64,000 nucleotides of DNA from an uncultured Chloroflexia bacterium (GTDB taxonomy: Bacteria > Chloroflexota > Limnocylindria > Limnocylindrales > CSP1-4). Position 1 is the stretch's first letter, and every line of letters starts with the position of its first letter. Of this stretch, positions 51,007 through 60,955 are shown piece by piece. The stretch spans positions 768,001-832,000 of the forward strand of contig CAVXPZ010000003.1 in the NCBI GenBank assembly GCA_963763775.1, read 5' to 3'. Position numbers and translations under genes: made by a program. Under the pieces are notes generated by a model, which did not search any database, was not told the origin of the DNA, and saw nothing but the letters and a program-made list of their open reading frames with translations.

Positions 51007-52305
51007 ATGACCAGCGCCCTGCATCCGGCCCGCCTCACTGCCTGGCTCACCCAGTGGCAAGCCATCGTGCCGCTGCTGGTGGCCGAGTTCGTGGTGTGGC
51101 TGGGGTTCGGCGGCCTGCTCCCGGTCCTGCCCATCTACTTCACCGAGCAGGGCGTCGATCTTGCGACCCTCGGCCTCGTGATCGCCGCTTGGCCCGCGGC
51201 CCGACTGGTGAGCGAGCCGATCTTCGGCTGGGTCGCCGACCGCACCGCGCGCGTGCCCCTCATGGTCATCGGCCTGGTCGCGACGGGCGTCTTCGGCGCG
51301 CTCCCGCTCATCCTGACCACGCCCCTCGCGTTCGTGCTGCTCCGCGCGGGAGCGGGGCTGAGCGCAGCCATGTACGACCCCGCGGCCCGAGGACTCCTCA
51401 CGGACGCGACGCCACCGGGCAAGCGCGGCGAGGCGTTCGGGCTGTACGGGGCGGCGCAGATGGGCGGGCTCCTGATCGGCCCGGCGATCGGCGCGTTCGG
51501 GGCCTCCCACTTCGGCGGGATCGGGTTCGTGTTCGTGTTCAGCGCCGTGGCGGCGTTCGCGTCGGCGCTCCTGATCGCGCTGCGCGTCCACGAGGCCCCC
51601 GGCCGGACGCACCCGGCGCCGTCGCCGGACTCGACGGAGTTCCCGCCCGACTCCGCCGCGCTCGCCCGTCGGGCGGCGGACGACATCGATGCCGACCGGG
51701 CCCGAGTCGCCGATGCCGGCGCCCCGTCGTCGCTCTGGAACCGCGGGTTGATCGCCGTCATCGTCATCAACGCCGGAGGTTATTACGCGGGCGGCACGTA
51801 CGAGGTCATCTGGAGCCTGTTCCTGTCCGGGCTCGGTGCCGATCTTGCGTTCGTTGGGCTGACCTTCGCGATGTTCGGCCTGCCGGTCCTCCTCTTCTCG
51901 CCGCTCGCGGGCAAGATCGTCGACCGACGCGGGTCCTTCGCCTTCATCATCGTCGGCTCCCTGCTGCCCGCGATCTGCGGGATCCTGTACACGCGCCTCG
52001 AGTCGCCGGAGCCGGCCGTGCTGCTCATCCTCGTGGAGGCGACCGGGTTCGCCTTCCTGAACCCGGCGCTCTACGCGGTGGTCGCGGCCAATTCCCCGCC
52101 GGGCCGGTCGTCGACCGCGCAGGGGCTGTTCGGGGCGGCGGGAACGCTCGGGTTCATCGTGGCGTCGCTCGGCGCCGGGGTCCTCGCCGAGCGCGATATC
52201 CTCCTGCCGTTCTACGTGTTCTCGACCGTGCTGCTCTCGTCGCTGGTGGTCGGCCTGATCATCGGCGGCCCCCGACTTCGAGGTCGGCCCGCCGTCGTCG
52301 TTTGA
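51007..52305 (+). CDS. MFS transporter
   Basis: About 12 TM; GWVADRTAR and GKIVDRRG motif A. Confidence 0.9.
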   Translation: MTSALHPARLTAWLTQWQAIVPLLVAEFVVWLGFGGLLPVLPIYFTEQGVDLATLGLVIAAWPAARLVSEPIFGWVADRTARVPLMVIGLVATGVFGALPLILTTPLAFVLLRAGAGLSAAMYDPAARGLLTDATPPGKRGEAFGLYGAAQMGGLLIGPAIGAFGASHFGGIGFVFVFSAVAAFASALLIALRVHEAPGRTHPAPSPDSTEFPPDSAALARRAADDIDADRARVADAGAPSSLWNRGLIAVIVINAGGYYAGGTYEVIWSLFLSGLGADLAFVGLTFAMFGLPVLLFSPLAGKIVDRRGSFAFIIVGSLLPAICGILYTRLESPEPAVLLILVEATGFAFLNPALYAVVAANSPPGRSSTAQGLFGAAGTLGFIVASLGAGVLAERDILLPFYVFSTVLLSSLVVGLIIGGPRLRGRPAVVV

Positions 52306-52335
52306 CCGAACGGGGTCCGGCGACTACCATCCGCG

Positions 52336-52410
52336 GGCGGGGTGGAGCAGCGGCAGCTCGTCGGGCTCATAACCCGAAGGTCACTGGTTCGAATCCAGTC
52401 CCCGCAACCA
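52336..52410 (+). tRNA. Initiator tRNA-fMet (CAT)
   Basis: Anticodon stem with three G-C pairs (TCGGG-CTCATAA-CCCGA), unpaired 1:72, encoded CCA. Confidence 0.93.
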
Positions 52411-52423
52411 ACGCGCCCACCAT

Positions 52424-52452
52424 GAGACCCGGTCGATGGACCGGGTTTCTTG
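52424..52452 (+). terminator. Hairpin terminator after tRNA-fMet
   Basis: gagacccggtc-gatg-gaccgggtttc-ttg. Confidence 0.65.
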
Positions 52453-52605
52453 ATTCCGCGACCGGTCCGTGCGGCGCGGTCCCAGCCCCCGAGACGGAGA
52501 GCGGGTATCCTCACCCGCGTCGTCGGCCGATCTCCCTGTTCGGGACGAGTCCGACGCTGGACAGGAGGCGTCACGGCGCTGCCTCGCGCGGCGTCCTTGC
52601 ACCCG

Positions 52606-54183
52606 ATGGATCACGACGACCCTTCCCCGGACCCCGACGCGACCGAAGTCAGCAGCCTCGAGCCCGAGCCGGAGCTCTACGCCCCCGCACCACCCGGCGA
52701 CGACGAAGCTTCTGGGTGGGGCGCGGACGAGGCTGAGCCGGCGCCGCCGACCGGCCTGCGCTCGTCGCGGACCCTCGCGGCGATCCTCTCGTTCTTCATC
52801 CCGGGCACCGGTCAGCTCCTGACGGGCCGCGTCCTGGCCGGGCTGCTCTTCCTCTCGCCGGTCATCGTCGCGGTCATCGCGGCCGTGGTCGCCTCGGGCG
52901 GCGACAAGGGCAAGCTCCTTGGCTACCTCGTGCAGCCGAGCGTGCTCCTGGCGATCGCCGCGCTCGACGGCCTGCTGTTCCTGTGGCGCGCCATCGCGAT
53001 CATCGACGCCTGGTGGGGCCGCGGCTCACGCGCGCCGAAGTCGGTCGTCTCGGTCATCACCCTCCTGCTGCTGCTCGTGGTCACGGGCGCGACCCACTAC
53101 GTGATCGGCTCGCAGGTCCTCGCGGCCCGGGACACCGTGGACGCGGTCTTCGCGACGTCGGACGACGGCGGCGACGACGGCTTCGGGGTGATCCCTGACC
53201 CGACCCCGACACCCGCGCCCACGCCGACACCGAAGCCCGGCGACACCGCGGCCCCGACCGCAGCGCCGACCCCGACACCCGAACCGACACCGCGCCCGGG
53301 ACCGCTCGCGGACGGGCGTCTCGACGTGCTGCTGGTCGGCGGAGACGCCGGTCCGGGAAGGTGGAGCCTGCGGACCGACACGCTCATCGTCCTGAGCGTG
53401 GATGCGCAGACCGGCGACTCAGCCCTCTTCTCGATCCCGCGCAACATGGTCAACGTCCCGCTGCCCAAGGAGAGCCGCGGCGCCTTCAAGTGCCGCTGCT
53501 ACCCGCAACTGATCAACAGCCTGTATGTATATGCCTCAGGACACCCCGGGCAGTTCCCCGGCAACGACGACATCCGCGGGTTGCGGGCGGTCCAGATGGC
53601 GATCGGCACGCTGGTCGGGCGACAGCTCGACGGCATGGTCGTCGTCAAGCTCCAGGGGTTCGTCAAGCTCATCGACGCCATCCACGGGATCACCGTGACC
53701 GTCCCGCGCTCGATCCACGACGACCGCTACCCGCTCGAGAACGGCACCGGCTACGTGACGGTGAACATCCGGTCGGGGAAGCAGCACATGAACGGCCACA
53801 AGGCGCTCATGTACGCGCGGTCGCGGCATCAGGATTCGGACTACGGCCGGATGCAGCGCCAGCAGACCGTGATCTCGGCGATCGGCAAGAAGCTGCTCAA
53901 GGAGCCGCTCGTCATCCGCCTGCCGGACCTGCTCAAGATCGCCAAGGACAACCTCTGGACCAACCTCAAGACCAGGGACCTGCCGGACCTCGCGGCCCTG
54001 GCCGAGCAGGTCGACCTGGGGGCGATGCGCAAGTACCGGTTCGTCCCGCCGCGCTACCCGGAGTACCTGAATGGCGCCACGATCAAACAGATCCGGGCGC
54101 TCGTCGGGCACGTGTTCGACCACGCCGAGCCGCTCGACCGCCCGACCCCGCGCCCGACGGCGACGCCGACACCGACCCCATGA
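52606..54183 (+). CDS. LCP (LytR-CpsA-Psr) family wall-polymer ligase
   Basis: LLVGGD, RTDTLIV, SIPRN, ALMYARSR..SDYGRMQRQQ. Confidence 0.92.
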   Translation: MDHDDPSPDPDATEVSSLEPEPELYAPAPPGDDEASGWGADEAEPAPPTGLRSSRTLAAILSFFIPGTGQLLTGRVLAGLLFLSPVIVAVIAAVVASGGDKGKLLGYLVQPSVLLAIAALDGLLFLWRAIAIIDAWWGRGSRAPKSVVSVITLLLLLVVTGATHYVIGSQVLAARDTVDAVFATSDDGGDDGFGVIPDPTPTPAPTPTPKPGDTAAPTAAPTPTPEPTPRPGPLADGRLDVLLVGGDAGPGRWSLRTDTLIVLSVDAQTGDSALFSIPRNMVNVPLPKESRGAFKCRCYPQLINSLYVYASGHPGQFPGNDDIRGLRAVQMAIGTLVGRQLDGMVVVKLQGFVKLIDAIHGITVTVPRSIHDDRYPLENGTGYVTVNIRSGKQHMNGHKALMYARSRHQDSDYGRMQRQQTVISAIGKKLLKEPLVIRLPDLLKIAKDNLWTNLKTRDLPDLAALAEQVDLGAMRKYRFVPPRYPEYLNGATIKQIRALVGHVFDHAEPLDRPTPRPTATPTPTP

Positions 54184-54240
54184 TCCATCGCCCGACCCGC
54201 CCGCGATCGAGTGCTTGGCCCGCCCGCGATCGGGGCAGCG

Positions 54241-54334
54241 TTGGACGGATCGGGTCGAATCCGCTAGAGTGATCAGCACAAGAACGCCTTTTCCTTGAAC
54301 CCCGGGCCCGACCACCCGGGGTTCTTCCTTTTCC
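54241..54334 (+). ncRNA. Candidate ~55-nt sRNA with own promoter and terminator
   Basis: TTGGAC-N18-TAGAGT (54241-54270); hairpin gaaccccggg/cccggggttc 54297-54324 then ttcctttt. Confidence 0.45.
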
Positions 54335-54405
54335 GGACGCCGCGGACGTCGCGGACATCGCGGACCAGACGGCGCGTGCCGTCCCTCGCGTGTCGTCCCT
54401 CCGGC

Positions 54406-54528
54406 CGGGTACTGCCAGTACCCGACTCGCGACGCGTTCCTCGTGGTCGCCCACCGGATCGACAGGCCGCGGTCGGAATCGCGCCGGGTCCACGCTCGGC
54501 TGTTCGGGAACCGGCACTGACGGTTGCC
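54406..54528. repeat. 123-bp imperfect palindromic element, copy A
   Basis: Blocks GTACTGCCAGTACCCG / CTCGTGG / CGAC / CCACGCTC / GGnACTGAC at fixed spacing. Confidence 0.85.
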
Positions 54529-54650
54529 GCCCACGATGGCGATGGACTGTGCTGCCGCTCGTTGCGCGTCATGGGGTCGGACCCAGACCTCGCGGACGCG
54601 ACGAGGGACCCCGGCCCCAGGCCGAGGTCCCTCTGACGCGCCGGGATCCC

Positions 54651-55947
54651 CTATGGCGCGAGTCGCTGGTGGCTCGGATAGCTGTGGGAATCCCAAGGCG
54701 TTGGCTTCGACGCACCCGTCGCAGGGTCCCAGAGCACCTGCGCCGAGCGGTTGCCGTTCGCATCGGTCGTCGTCCCGAGGATCACCGAATCGTCGGGTGC
54801 CCACGCCCACGCGGAGCAACACGCCCCCTCGACATCGCCGGCGTACTGCATCTCGATGCCCGGCCCGCTGCCGTCGGCCGGGATCGCGACCATGCGGGCC
54901 CCAGCGAACCCGCTGCCATAGCCTCGGATCATCGCGAGCCGCTTGCTGTCGTTGGACCAGGCGAAGCCCGCGTTCCAGTGCTCGGACGAGTCCACGACGA
55001 TGTCATGCGTGCCATCGGCGTGCATGACGTGCATCCGGGCGGAGACGTCGTCCGAGTCCTGCCACGCGTTGTAGGTCAGGAGGGTGCCATCGGGCGAGAA
55101 GACCGGACGGTTCATCGAGCCGACGGGGTCCGCCGGCACGATCGGTCGCAGATGGGATCCGTCAGGGCGAACGGCGTAGATCGCGTCGCGGTCGCCGACG
55201 TAGCGAGTCCCGACGAACGCGATCTCGTCGCCGAGTGGTGCTCGATACGACGGGTCGACGGCGATCATCCCGACGTTGACCTGGTGGAATGCGGTCCCAT
55301 CCGACCGGGCGATGAACATCGCGGGCTCCGTCGGAGCCGATACCGGCGGCGACGCGCGCTGTCCCGCCGATCAGGATCTCCATCCCGTCGGGCGAGAACG
55401 CATACGAGTCGAGGGTCAGGAATTCGCTCGGCGTGACCCGCGTGAGGCCGCTGCCGTCGGGTCCCACCACGTATAGCGACGTGCCGCCGGAATCGGTCTT
55501 GCGGGCGAAGGCGATCTTCGTGCCGTCGAGCGACCAGCGAGGTTCCGTGTCGGTCGTGGCACCGGTCACGATGGCCGTGGTCTGGCCGGTGACCTGGTCT
55601 CCGACGTAGATGTCGCCATCCCGTTCGAACGCGATCAGGCCGTTCGCGGCCGGGCCGAATGGTGACGGCAGTCGGTGCGGCAAGGCCCCGACGACCACGA
55701 TCGTGCCCACGAGGAGGGCGAGGAGGACGAGCGCCACGCCGAGGGTCCGCCACGGAAGCCCTGGGACGCGGACGCGCTCGCTTGCGATGTCTGCCATGGG
55801 AAGCCACCTTCCTGGGAACGTCCAGGCGGGCCGCTGGCGCGTGCCGGCGGTCCGGCGGACGATGTCGTCTCGGTAGGGGAGCTCCGGCTGGAGATAGAGG
55901 TCCAGCAGGAGATCGGGGAGGGCGCGTTCGATTCGATCGGTCGTCAT
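54651..55947 (-). CDS. Anti-sigma-like membrane protein 1 with TolB/PD40 beta-propeller (frameshift ~55330)
   Basis: RQRPAW..RWLPM N-domain, TM, NGLIAF, WSLDG/FSPDG repeats; ATGA-coupled to sigma. Confidence 0.78.
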
Positions 55948-56507
55948 GCGACCTGCCCTCCGGTCACGGTGGCCCGGGCCGGTGTGGTCTCGGCTGCGGC
56001 CGTCGCTCGCATCGCGGCGAGTGCGTAGTGCAGCCGGGACTTCGCGGTCCCGAGCGGGATCCCCAGGGATGCGGCCACCTCCTGCAGCGGCATCCCCAGC
56101 AGGTAGTGCATAGCGACGACCGCTCGGTGCCCCGGGTCCAGGCGTCCGAGCGCTTGGTCGACGAGGTCGCGGTCGGCGAGGGCACCGGCGATGTCCGCGC
56201 CGGACGGCATGTCGATCGGGGTGAGCTCGACCTCGATCGCGCGCCGCCGTCGCCGGCGGAGGAGGTCGAGGCAGGAGTTGACGGTCAGCTTGTGGAGCCA
56301 GCCGTCGAATCGGTCAGGGTCACGAAGGCCCGGCAGGTCTCGCCAGGCCCGGATGAGGGCCTCCTGGACCGCATCGCGCGCGAGCTCGGGGTCCCGGAGG
56401 ATGAGGCGAGCGGCCGCGTCCAGCCGCGCGAGGCGCAGGTCGACGAGATCGGCGAAGGCGTCATGATCGCCTCGCTTCGCTCGTTCGACGCGGTCTCGCT
56501 GGTCCAC
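55944..56507 (-). CDS. ECF sigma factor 1
   Basis: ARDAVQEALIRAWRDLPGLRDPDRFDGWL; EVAASLGIPLGTAKSRLH. Confidence 0.93.
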   Translation of the reverse strand: MDQRDRVERAKRGDHDAFADLVDLRLARLDAAARLILRDPELARDAVQEALIRAWRDLPGLRDPDRFDGWLHKLTVNSCLDLLRRRRRRAIEVELTPIDMPSGADIAGALADRDLVDQALGRLDPGHRAVVAMHYLLGMPLQEVAASLGIPLGTAKSRLHYALAAMRATAAAETTPARATVTGGQVA

Positions 56508-56554
56508 GGTCGCCTCGGTCTTCGGCACGGCTCGTGGTGGTCGTGCTCGAAGGG

Positions 56555-56582
56555 TATGGCGCCGCCGTCGCGCGAAAGGTTC
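56555..56582 (-). promoter_or_regulatory. ECF-type promoter GAAC-N17-CGCCATA
   Basis: Same motif precedes all four sigma genes. Confidence 0.75.
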
Positions 56583-56617
56583 AACGGCCCGGTCGACGGG
56601 TCCACCTACCCACGGGC

Positions 56618-56740
56618 CGGGTACTCCAAGTACCCGTTTCGCGACGTCTTCCTCGTGGTCGCCCACCGGATCGACACGCGGCTGTCGGAATCGCGACTCG
56701 TCCACGCTCGGAAGTCCGGGAACCGGGACTGACCGTTGCC
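56618..56740. repeat. 123-bp imperfect palindromic element, copy B
   Basis: Ungapped match to copy A (about 106/123 by hand count). Confidence 0.88.
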
Positions 56741-56818
56741 TCGAGGGCGGCAATGTCGTCGACAGCGCGGGACCCCGACCCTCAGGCCGGGGTTCCGCCC
56801 GTTTTGGAGGACCGGTGG

Positions 56819-58108
56819 TCAGTGCGCGATGCGCTGCCAGTTCGGATACGAGGCGTCGGTCCAGGGGAGCGGCTTCGCAGGCCCGCCCTTCGGGTCGAGG
56901 AGCATCGCGTTGCTGCGTGTCCCGTTGGATTCGGGAAGGAGCAGGATCGACGAGTCGTCCGGTGCCCAGTCGATCCGGCAACAGCCTGGCGTCGGTCCGG
57001 TCTCGGTGACCTTTCCGGTCTTCACGTCGATGATCGCGTACGGCGCGGACATGTCGACCCCGGGGTCGGTGCGTCGCAACCGCTGGACGGCGATGCGAGT
57101 CCCGTCGTTGGACCAGATGGGCCAGGCGGTCAGCCAGTAGTTCGGGTCCGCCCCGAGCTCGCGGCGTCCGGTGCCATCGGCGTTCATCACGTACAGGCGC
57201 ATCGTGCCCGTGGCGTCGTCCGACTCCGGGAACGCGATCTGCGACCCGTCTGGCGAGTACCGCGGTTCGCGGAGCGTGTACTGGAGGTTGCCGCTCGTGG
57301 CGGGCGGGATCAACGGATGCAGGTCGCTGCCGTCCGCGTTCATCACGTAGAGCCCGACCTTGTCGAGGACCTGGCCGCGGAAGAGGATCTCGTTGCCGGT
57401 CGGCGGGCGGAAGACCGGGACGTCCACGTCGATCCCGCTCGTCAAGGTCTTGGGCGGGTCGATCCCGGCGCCGTCGTAGGTCACCACATCGGCGATCGCC
57501 TGGTCCGAGGTGGACGCGACGATATCGCCAGTTGGCGTCCAGTCCCACCAGTTCGGCGAGGCCAGGGGATCGGGCGTGATGGCATGCACGTTGGTGCCGT
57601 CGGCGTTCATCGCCATGATCCGGAAGAAGCTCCCGTTCCCGATGTCCGGTTGTCGCTGGAACGCGATCTGCGTCCCGTCGCGAGAGAAGACCGGCTCGAC
57701 GTCCGTGGTGTCGCCGCCAAGGATCAGTCGTGACTGTCCCGTCACCGGGTCGCCGACATAGATGTCGCCGTTGATGGCGTAGGGGATGACGCCGTTGGCG
57801 GCCGGGCCGAACGGCGCCGGGAGGCGTCGCTGCTGCGAGCCGGCGACCAGCAGGACGCCGACGATCAGGGCCAGCACGAGCAGCGCGACGGCGATCATCC
57901 GCCACGGGGCCCTGGGCGTGTACGCCCGCTCTTGGGTGATGTCAGCCATGGGGAGCCACCTTTCGGGGAACGTCCACGAGGGACGTTGCGGTCGGGACGA
58001 GGCACGCTCGATGGCGGCCTCGAGGTAGTCGGGGGTACGGGCGTCCGCGAGCTCGTCGAAGAGCCCAGCAAGGACGCGGTCGGCTCGGGAGGAACGATCC
58101 ATGGTCAT
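56819..58108 (-). CDS. Anti-sigma-like membrane protein 2 with TolB/PD40 beta-propeller
   Basis: PQRPSW..RWLPM, TM, FSRDG/YSPDG/WSNDG/WAPDD repeats. Confidence 0.82.
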   Translation of the reverse strand: MTMDRSSRADRVLAGLFDELADARTPDYLEAAIERASSRPQRPSWTFPERWLPMADITQERAYTPRAPWRMIAVALLVLALIVGVLLVAGSQQRRLPAPFGPAANGVIPYAINGDIYVGDPVTGQSRLILGGDTTDVEPVFSRDGTQIAFQRQPDIGNGSFFRIMAMNADGTNVHAITPDPLASPNWWDWTPTGDIVASTSDQAIADVVTYDGAGIDPPKTLTSGIDVDVPVFRPPTGNEILFRGQVLDKVGLYVMNADGSDLHPLIPPATSGNLQYTLREPRYSPDGSQIAFPESDDATGTMRLYVMNADGTGRRELGADPNYWLTAWPIWSNDGTRIAVQRLRRTDPGVDMSAPYAIIDVKTGKVTETGPTPGCCRIDWAPDDSSILLLPESNGTRSNAMLLDPKGGPAKPLPWTDASYPNWQRIAH

Positions 58109-58671
58109 CCGACCGGCCCTCCGAGTGCGGCCGCGCCTGCGGACGTGACCTCGTCGATCGAGACAGCGGAGCGCATGGCCCCGAGCGATCGATGGAGACG
58201 CGATTTCGCCGTCCCGATCGGGATCCCGAGCGTGGCGGCGACTTGAGGCAATGGCATGTCGACGTAGAGATGCAGGACGACGACGGCGCGCGCTTCCGGC
58301 TCGAGCCGAGCGAGCACGCGGTCGAGCAGATCGCGTTCCGCGATCCGGCCGGCGTCGTCCTGCGTGGGAAGGTCGTTGATCTCGGTGAGCTCGACTTCGA
58401 TCACGCGTCGCCGGCGCTTGCGGATGAGGTCGATGCAGGCGTGCGCCACGAGGCTGTGCAGCCAGTGGTCGAACGTCGCGGGGTCGCGCAGCCCCGGCAG
58501 GCTGCGCCAGGCCCGGATCAGGGTCTCCTGGACGGCGTCCTGGGCCAGTTCCGGGTCACGGAGGATGAGGCGAGCGGTGGCGTCCAGGCGCGCACCGGAC
58601 GCGCGGGCGAGTTCAGCGAAGGCTTGCCGGTCGCCTCGCTGTGCCCGTTCCACGAGTCCGTGCTGGTCCAC
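58105..58671 (-). CDS. ECF sigma factor 2
   Basis: AQDAVQETLIRAW; GIPIGTAKSRLHR. Confidence 0.93.
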   Translation of the reverse strand: MDQHGLVERAQRGDRQAFAELARASGARLDATARLILRDPELAQDAVQETLIRAWRSLPGLRDPATFDHWLHSLVAHACIDLIRKRRRRVIEVELTEINDLPTQDDAGRIAERDLLDRVLARLEPEARAVVVLHLYVDMPLPQVAATLGIPIGTAKSRLHRSLGAMRSAVSIDEVTSAGAAALGGPVG

Positions 58672-58720
58672 GATCGCCTCTCGGCTTTCGGCGCGACCTG
58701 GATAGCCGCGTTCGATAGCC

Positions 58721-58749
58721 TACGGCGCTGGTGTCGGCCCGGAAGGTTC
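58721..58749 (-). promoter_or_regulatory. ECF-type promoter GAAC-N18-CGCCGTA
   Basis: Variant of the shared motif. Confidence 0.65.
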
Positions 58750-58792
58750 CCAGTTCCCTTCCGGGCCGGAGGTTCAGGGCGGTGGGTCGGCG

Positions 58793-60098
58793 TCAGGGGC
58801 CGACGCGCTGCCAACTGCCCTCGCCGCTTGCGGACCACGGCATCTCGGTCACGCGTCCCGTGGCCGGGTCGGCGAGAACGTGACGCGCCGTGGGGGTGTC
58901 CGCATCGAGGCTGCCGAGTAGCGACGCGTCGTCCGGCGACCACGACCAGCCACCGCCGCAGGTCCCGCCGCCGATCTCCGGGCAGACGAGTTCCACGGAC
59001 CCACCGGTTCCGTCGATCGATACCACCGCGGACCGATCGTTCGAGAAGTCAGGCGCGTACCCGCGGTCCACGATCATCCGGGTGGAGTCGTTCGACCACG
59101 CCCCGGGGCTGATGTGGACAGCCCCGGGGTCCGAGCCAACGAGATGGTCGCCCGTCCCGTCGGCCGCCATGACGTGCGCCTGGGAGCTGCTTCCGTCGAC
59201 ATTCGGGTCGAACTTGCCATACGAGACCCATCGGCCGTCGGGGGACCACCTCGCGCCGTAGATGTCGGATGTGGACGACGGTTCGATCAGGGTCCGATGG
59301 GCGCCAGTGTCCAGGTCGAACACCGACAGACTACGCGATGCCGCCACCAGGGAGTCGTTCCGTCACCAGGACCTGCGAACCGTCGGTCGGGCGATAGGCC
59401 GGTGCCTCGACCTCGTCGACATCTGTCGGGAGCTGCACATCGACGGTCTTCGGGGGGCGGGAGCCATCGCTGGCGACCTCGAAGAGCCGCGCTTGCCCGT
59501 CGATCAGGGCGGTCACGAGAAGGCCGCGACCATCCGGCGAGAACGTCCAGTCGAGCAACGCATCGACCGGATCCGGGGTCACCCTGGCCAGTCCGGTCCC
59601 GTCGGTCTTCACGACGAAGATCGCCAGATCGCCTGAAGTGACCTGGCGCTTGAAGGCCACATGCGTACCGTCGGCGGAGTACACGGGCAGAGAGTCCGAC
59701 TCCGGGCCACCGACGAGCACTTGCGTCTTCGTCGTGGCAGGGTCAAGGGTCAGGATGTCGCCCGCCCCTTCGAAAGCGATCAGACCGTTGTGAGCGACGC
59801 CGAATGGCGGTGGCAGTTTCGGCTGCTGTGCGCCGATGAAGGCCACGGTGCCGGCGACGAGGAGCGCAAGGGTGACGAGGGCGAGCGCGATCATGCGCCA
59901 CGGCATTCGCGGGGCGAACGCCCCGGTCCGGGTGATGTCAGCCATGGGGATCCACCTTTCGGGGAACGTCCACGCAGGGCGCTGCCGCATCCGGCCGGTC
60001 TGCGAGAAGACGTCGTCGAGGTATTCGGGGGTGGGACCCATCGCCAGGTCGGTCAGGATGGACGGAAGGCCGCGCTCGAGGCGCTCGGGGGTGGTCAT
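58793..60098 (-). CDS. Anti-sigma-like membrane protein 3 with TolB/PD40 beta-propeller (frameshift ~59345)
   Basis: MTTPERLERGLP..RQRPAW..RWIPM, TM, YSADG/FSPDG/WSPDG repeats. Confidence 0.8.
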
Positions 60099-60655
60099 GC
60101 GACCTGCCCTCCCTGGACGGGCGATGGGGCGAGTGGCTCCGGCCCGATCGCGATGCGCATCTCGCCGAGGGCGCGATGGAGTCGCGACTTGACCGTGCCG
60201 ATGGGGATGCCGAGGGTCGTCGCGACATCCGTCAGCGGCAGCCCCAGGAAGTAGTGCAGGACGACGACCGCGCGAGTGTCCGGGTCGAGCCGCCCCATGG
60301 CGGCATCGACCAGGTCGCGGTCGGCGATGGCGGACGAGGCGTCGGCCACGGTCGGGGGATCGATCGGCGAGATCTCGACCTCGATCGGCCGTCGTCGACG
60401 GCGGCGGACCAGGTCGAGACACGCGTTGATGGTCAGGCGGTGGAGCCAGGCGTCGAACCGCTCGGGGTCACGCAACCGCGGGAGGTCGCGCCAGGCTCGG
60501 ATGAGGGCCTCCTGGACCGCGTCGCGGGCCAGCTCCGGATCCCGGAGGACGAGGCGGGCGACCTGGTCCAGTCGCGTGACGGCGTCGCGGGCGAGCTCGG
60601 TGAAGGCGTCATGCTCGCCTCGCCTCGCCCGTTCCACGAGTGCCCGCTGGTCCAC
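60095..60655 (-). CDS. ECF sigma factor 3
   Basis: ARDAVQEALIRAW; GIPIGTVKSRLHR. Confidence 0.93.
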   Translation of the reverse strand: MDQRALVERARRGEHDAFTELARDAVTRLDQVARLVLRDPELARDAVQEALIRAWRDLPRLRDPERFDAWLHRLTINACLDLVRRRRRRPIEVEISPIDPPTVADASSAIADRDLVDAAMGRLDPDTRAVVVLHYFLGLPLTDVATTLGIPIGTVKSRLHRALGEMRIAIGPEPLAPSPVQGGQVA

Positions 60656-60705
60656 GGTCGCCTCGGCTCTGTGTGGCGACGGCCCCGATGGCCGCGCTCA
60701 CAGGG

Positions 60706-60733
60706 TATGGCGTCGATGTCGCGGTTTCGGTTC
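60706..60733 (-). promoter_or_regulatory. ECF-type promoter GAAC-N17-CGCCATA
   Basis: Shared motif. Confidence 0.75.
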
Positions 60734-60753
60734 TTGGACGGGAGGCGGCTCCC

Positions 60754-60876
60754 TGGGTACTGCCAGTACCGGTTTCCGCATGAGTCTCTCGTGGAGTGCA
60801 GCGGGATCGACACTGGATCGGTCGTTTCGATGAGTGGCCACGCTCGGATGTGCGACACGTGGTACTGCCGGTACCG
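60754..60876. repeat. 123-bp imperfect palindromic element, copy C
   Basis: All conserved blocks align ungapped to A/B although the spacers have diverged. Confidence 0.82.
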
Positions 60877-60955
60877 CGGCGACTGGACGTGCCAGGACGG
60901 CGGGCCCCCAAGCCCGCCGCCCTGTCCGGCGTAAACGACGATCGACCTGGTCGGC

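Noticed and set aside
55944-57905. 653-aa ORF extending sigma 1 upstream (also the long extensions of 59331..60422 and 60956..62533)
   Set aside because: Off-frame read-through in GC-rich DNA; homology and promoter position fix the true starts.
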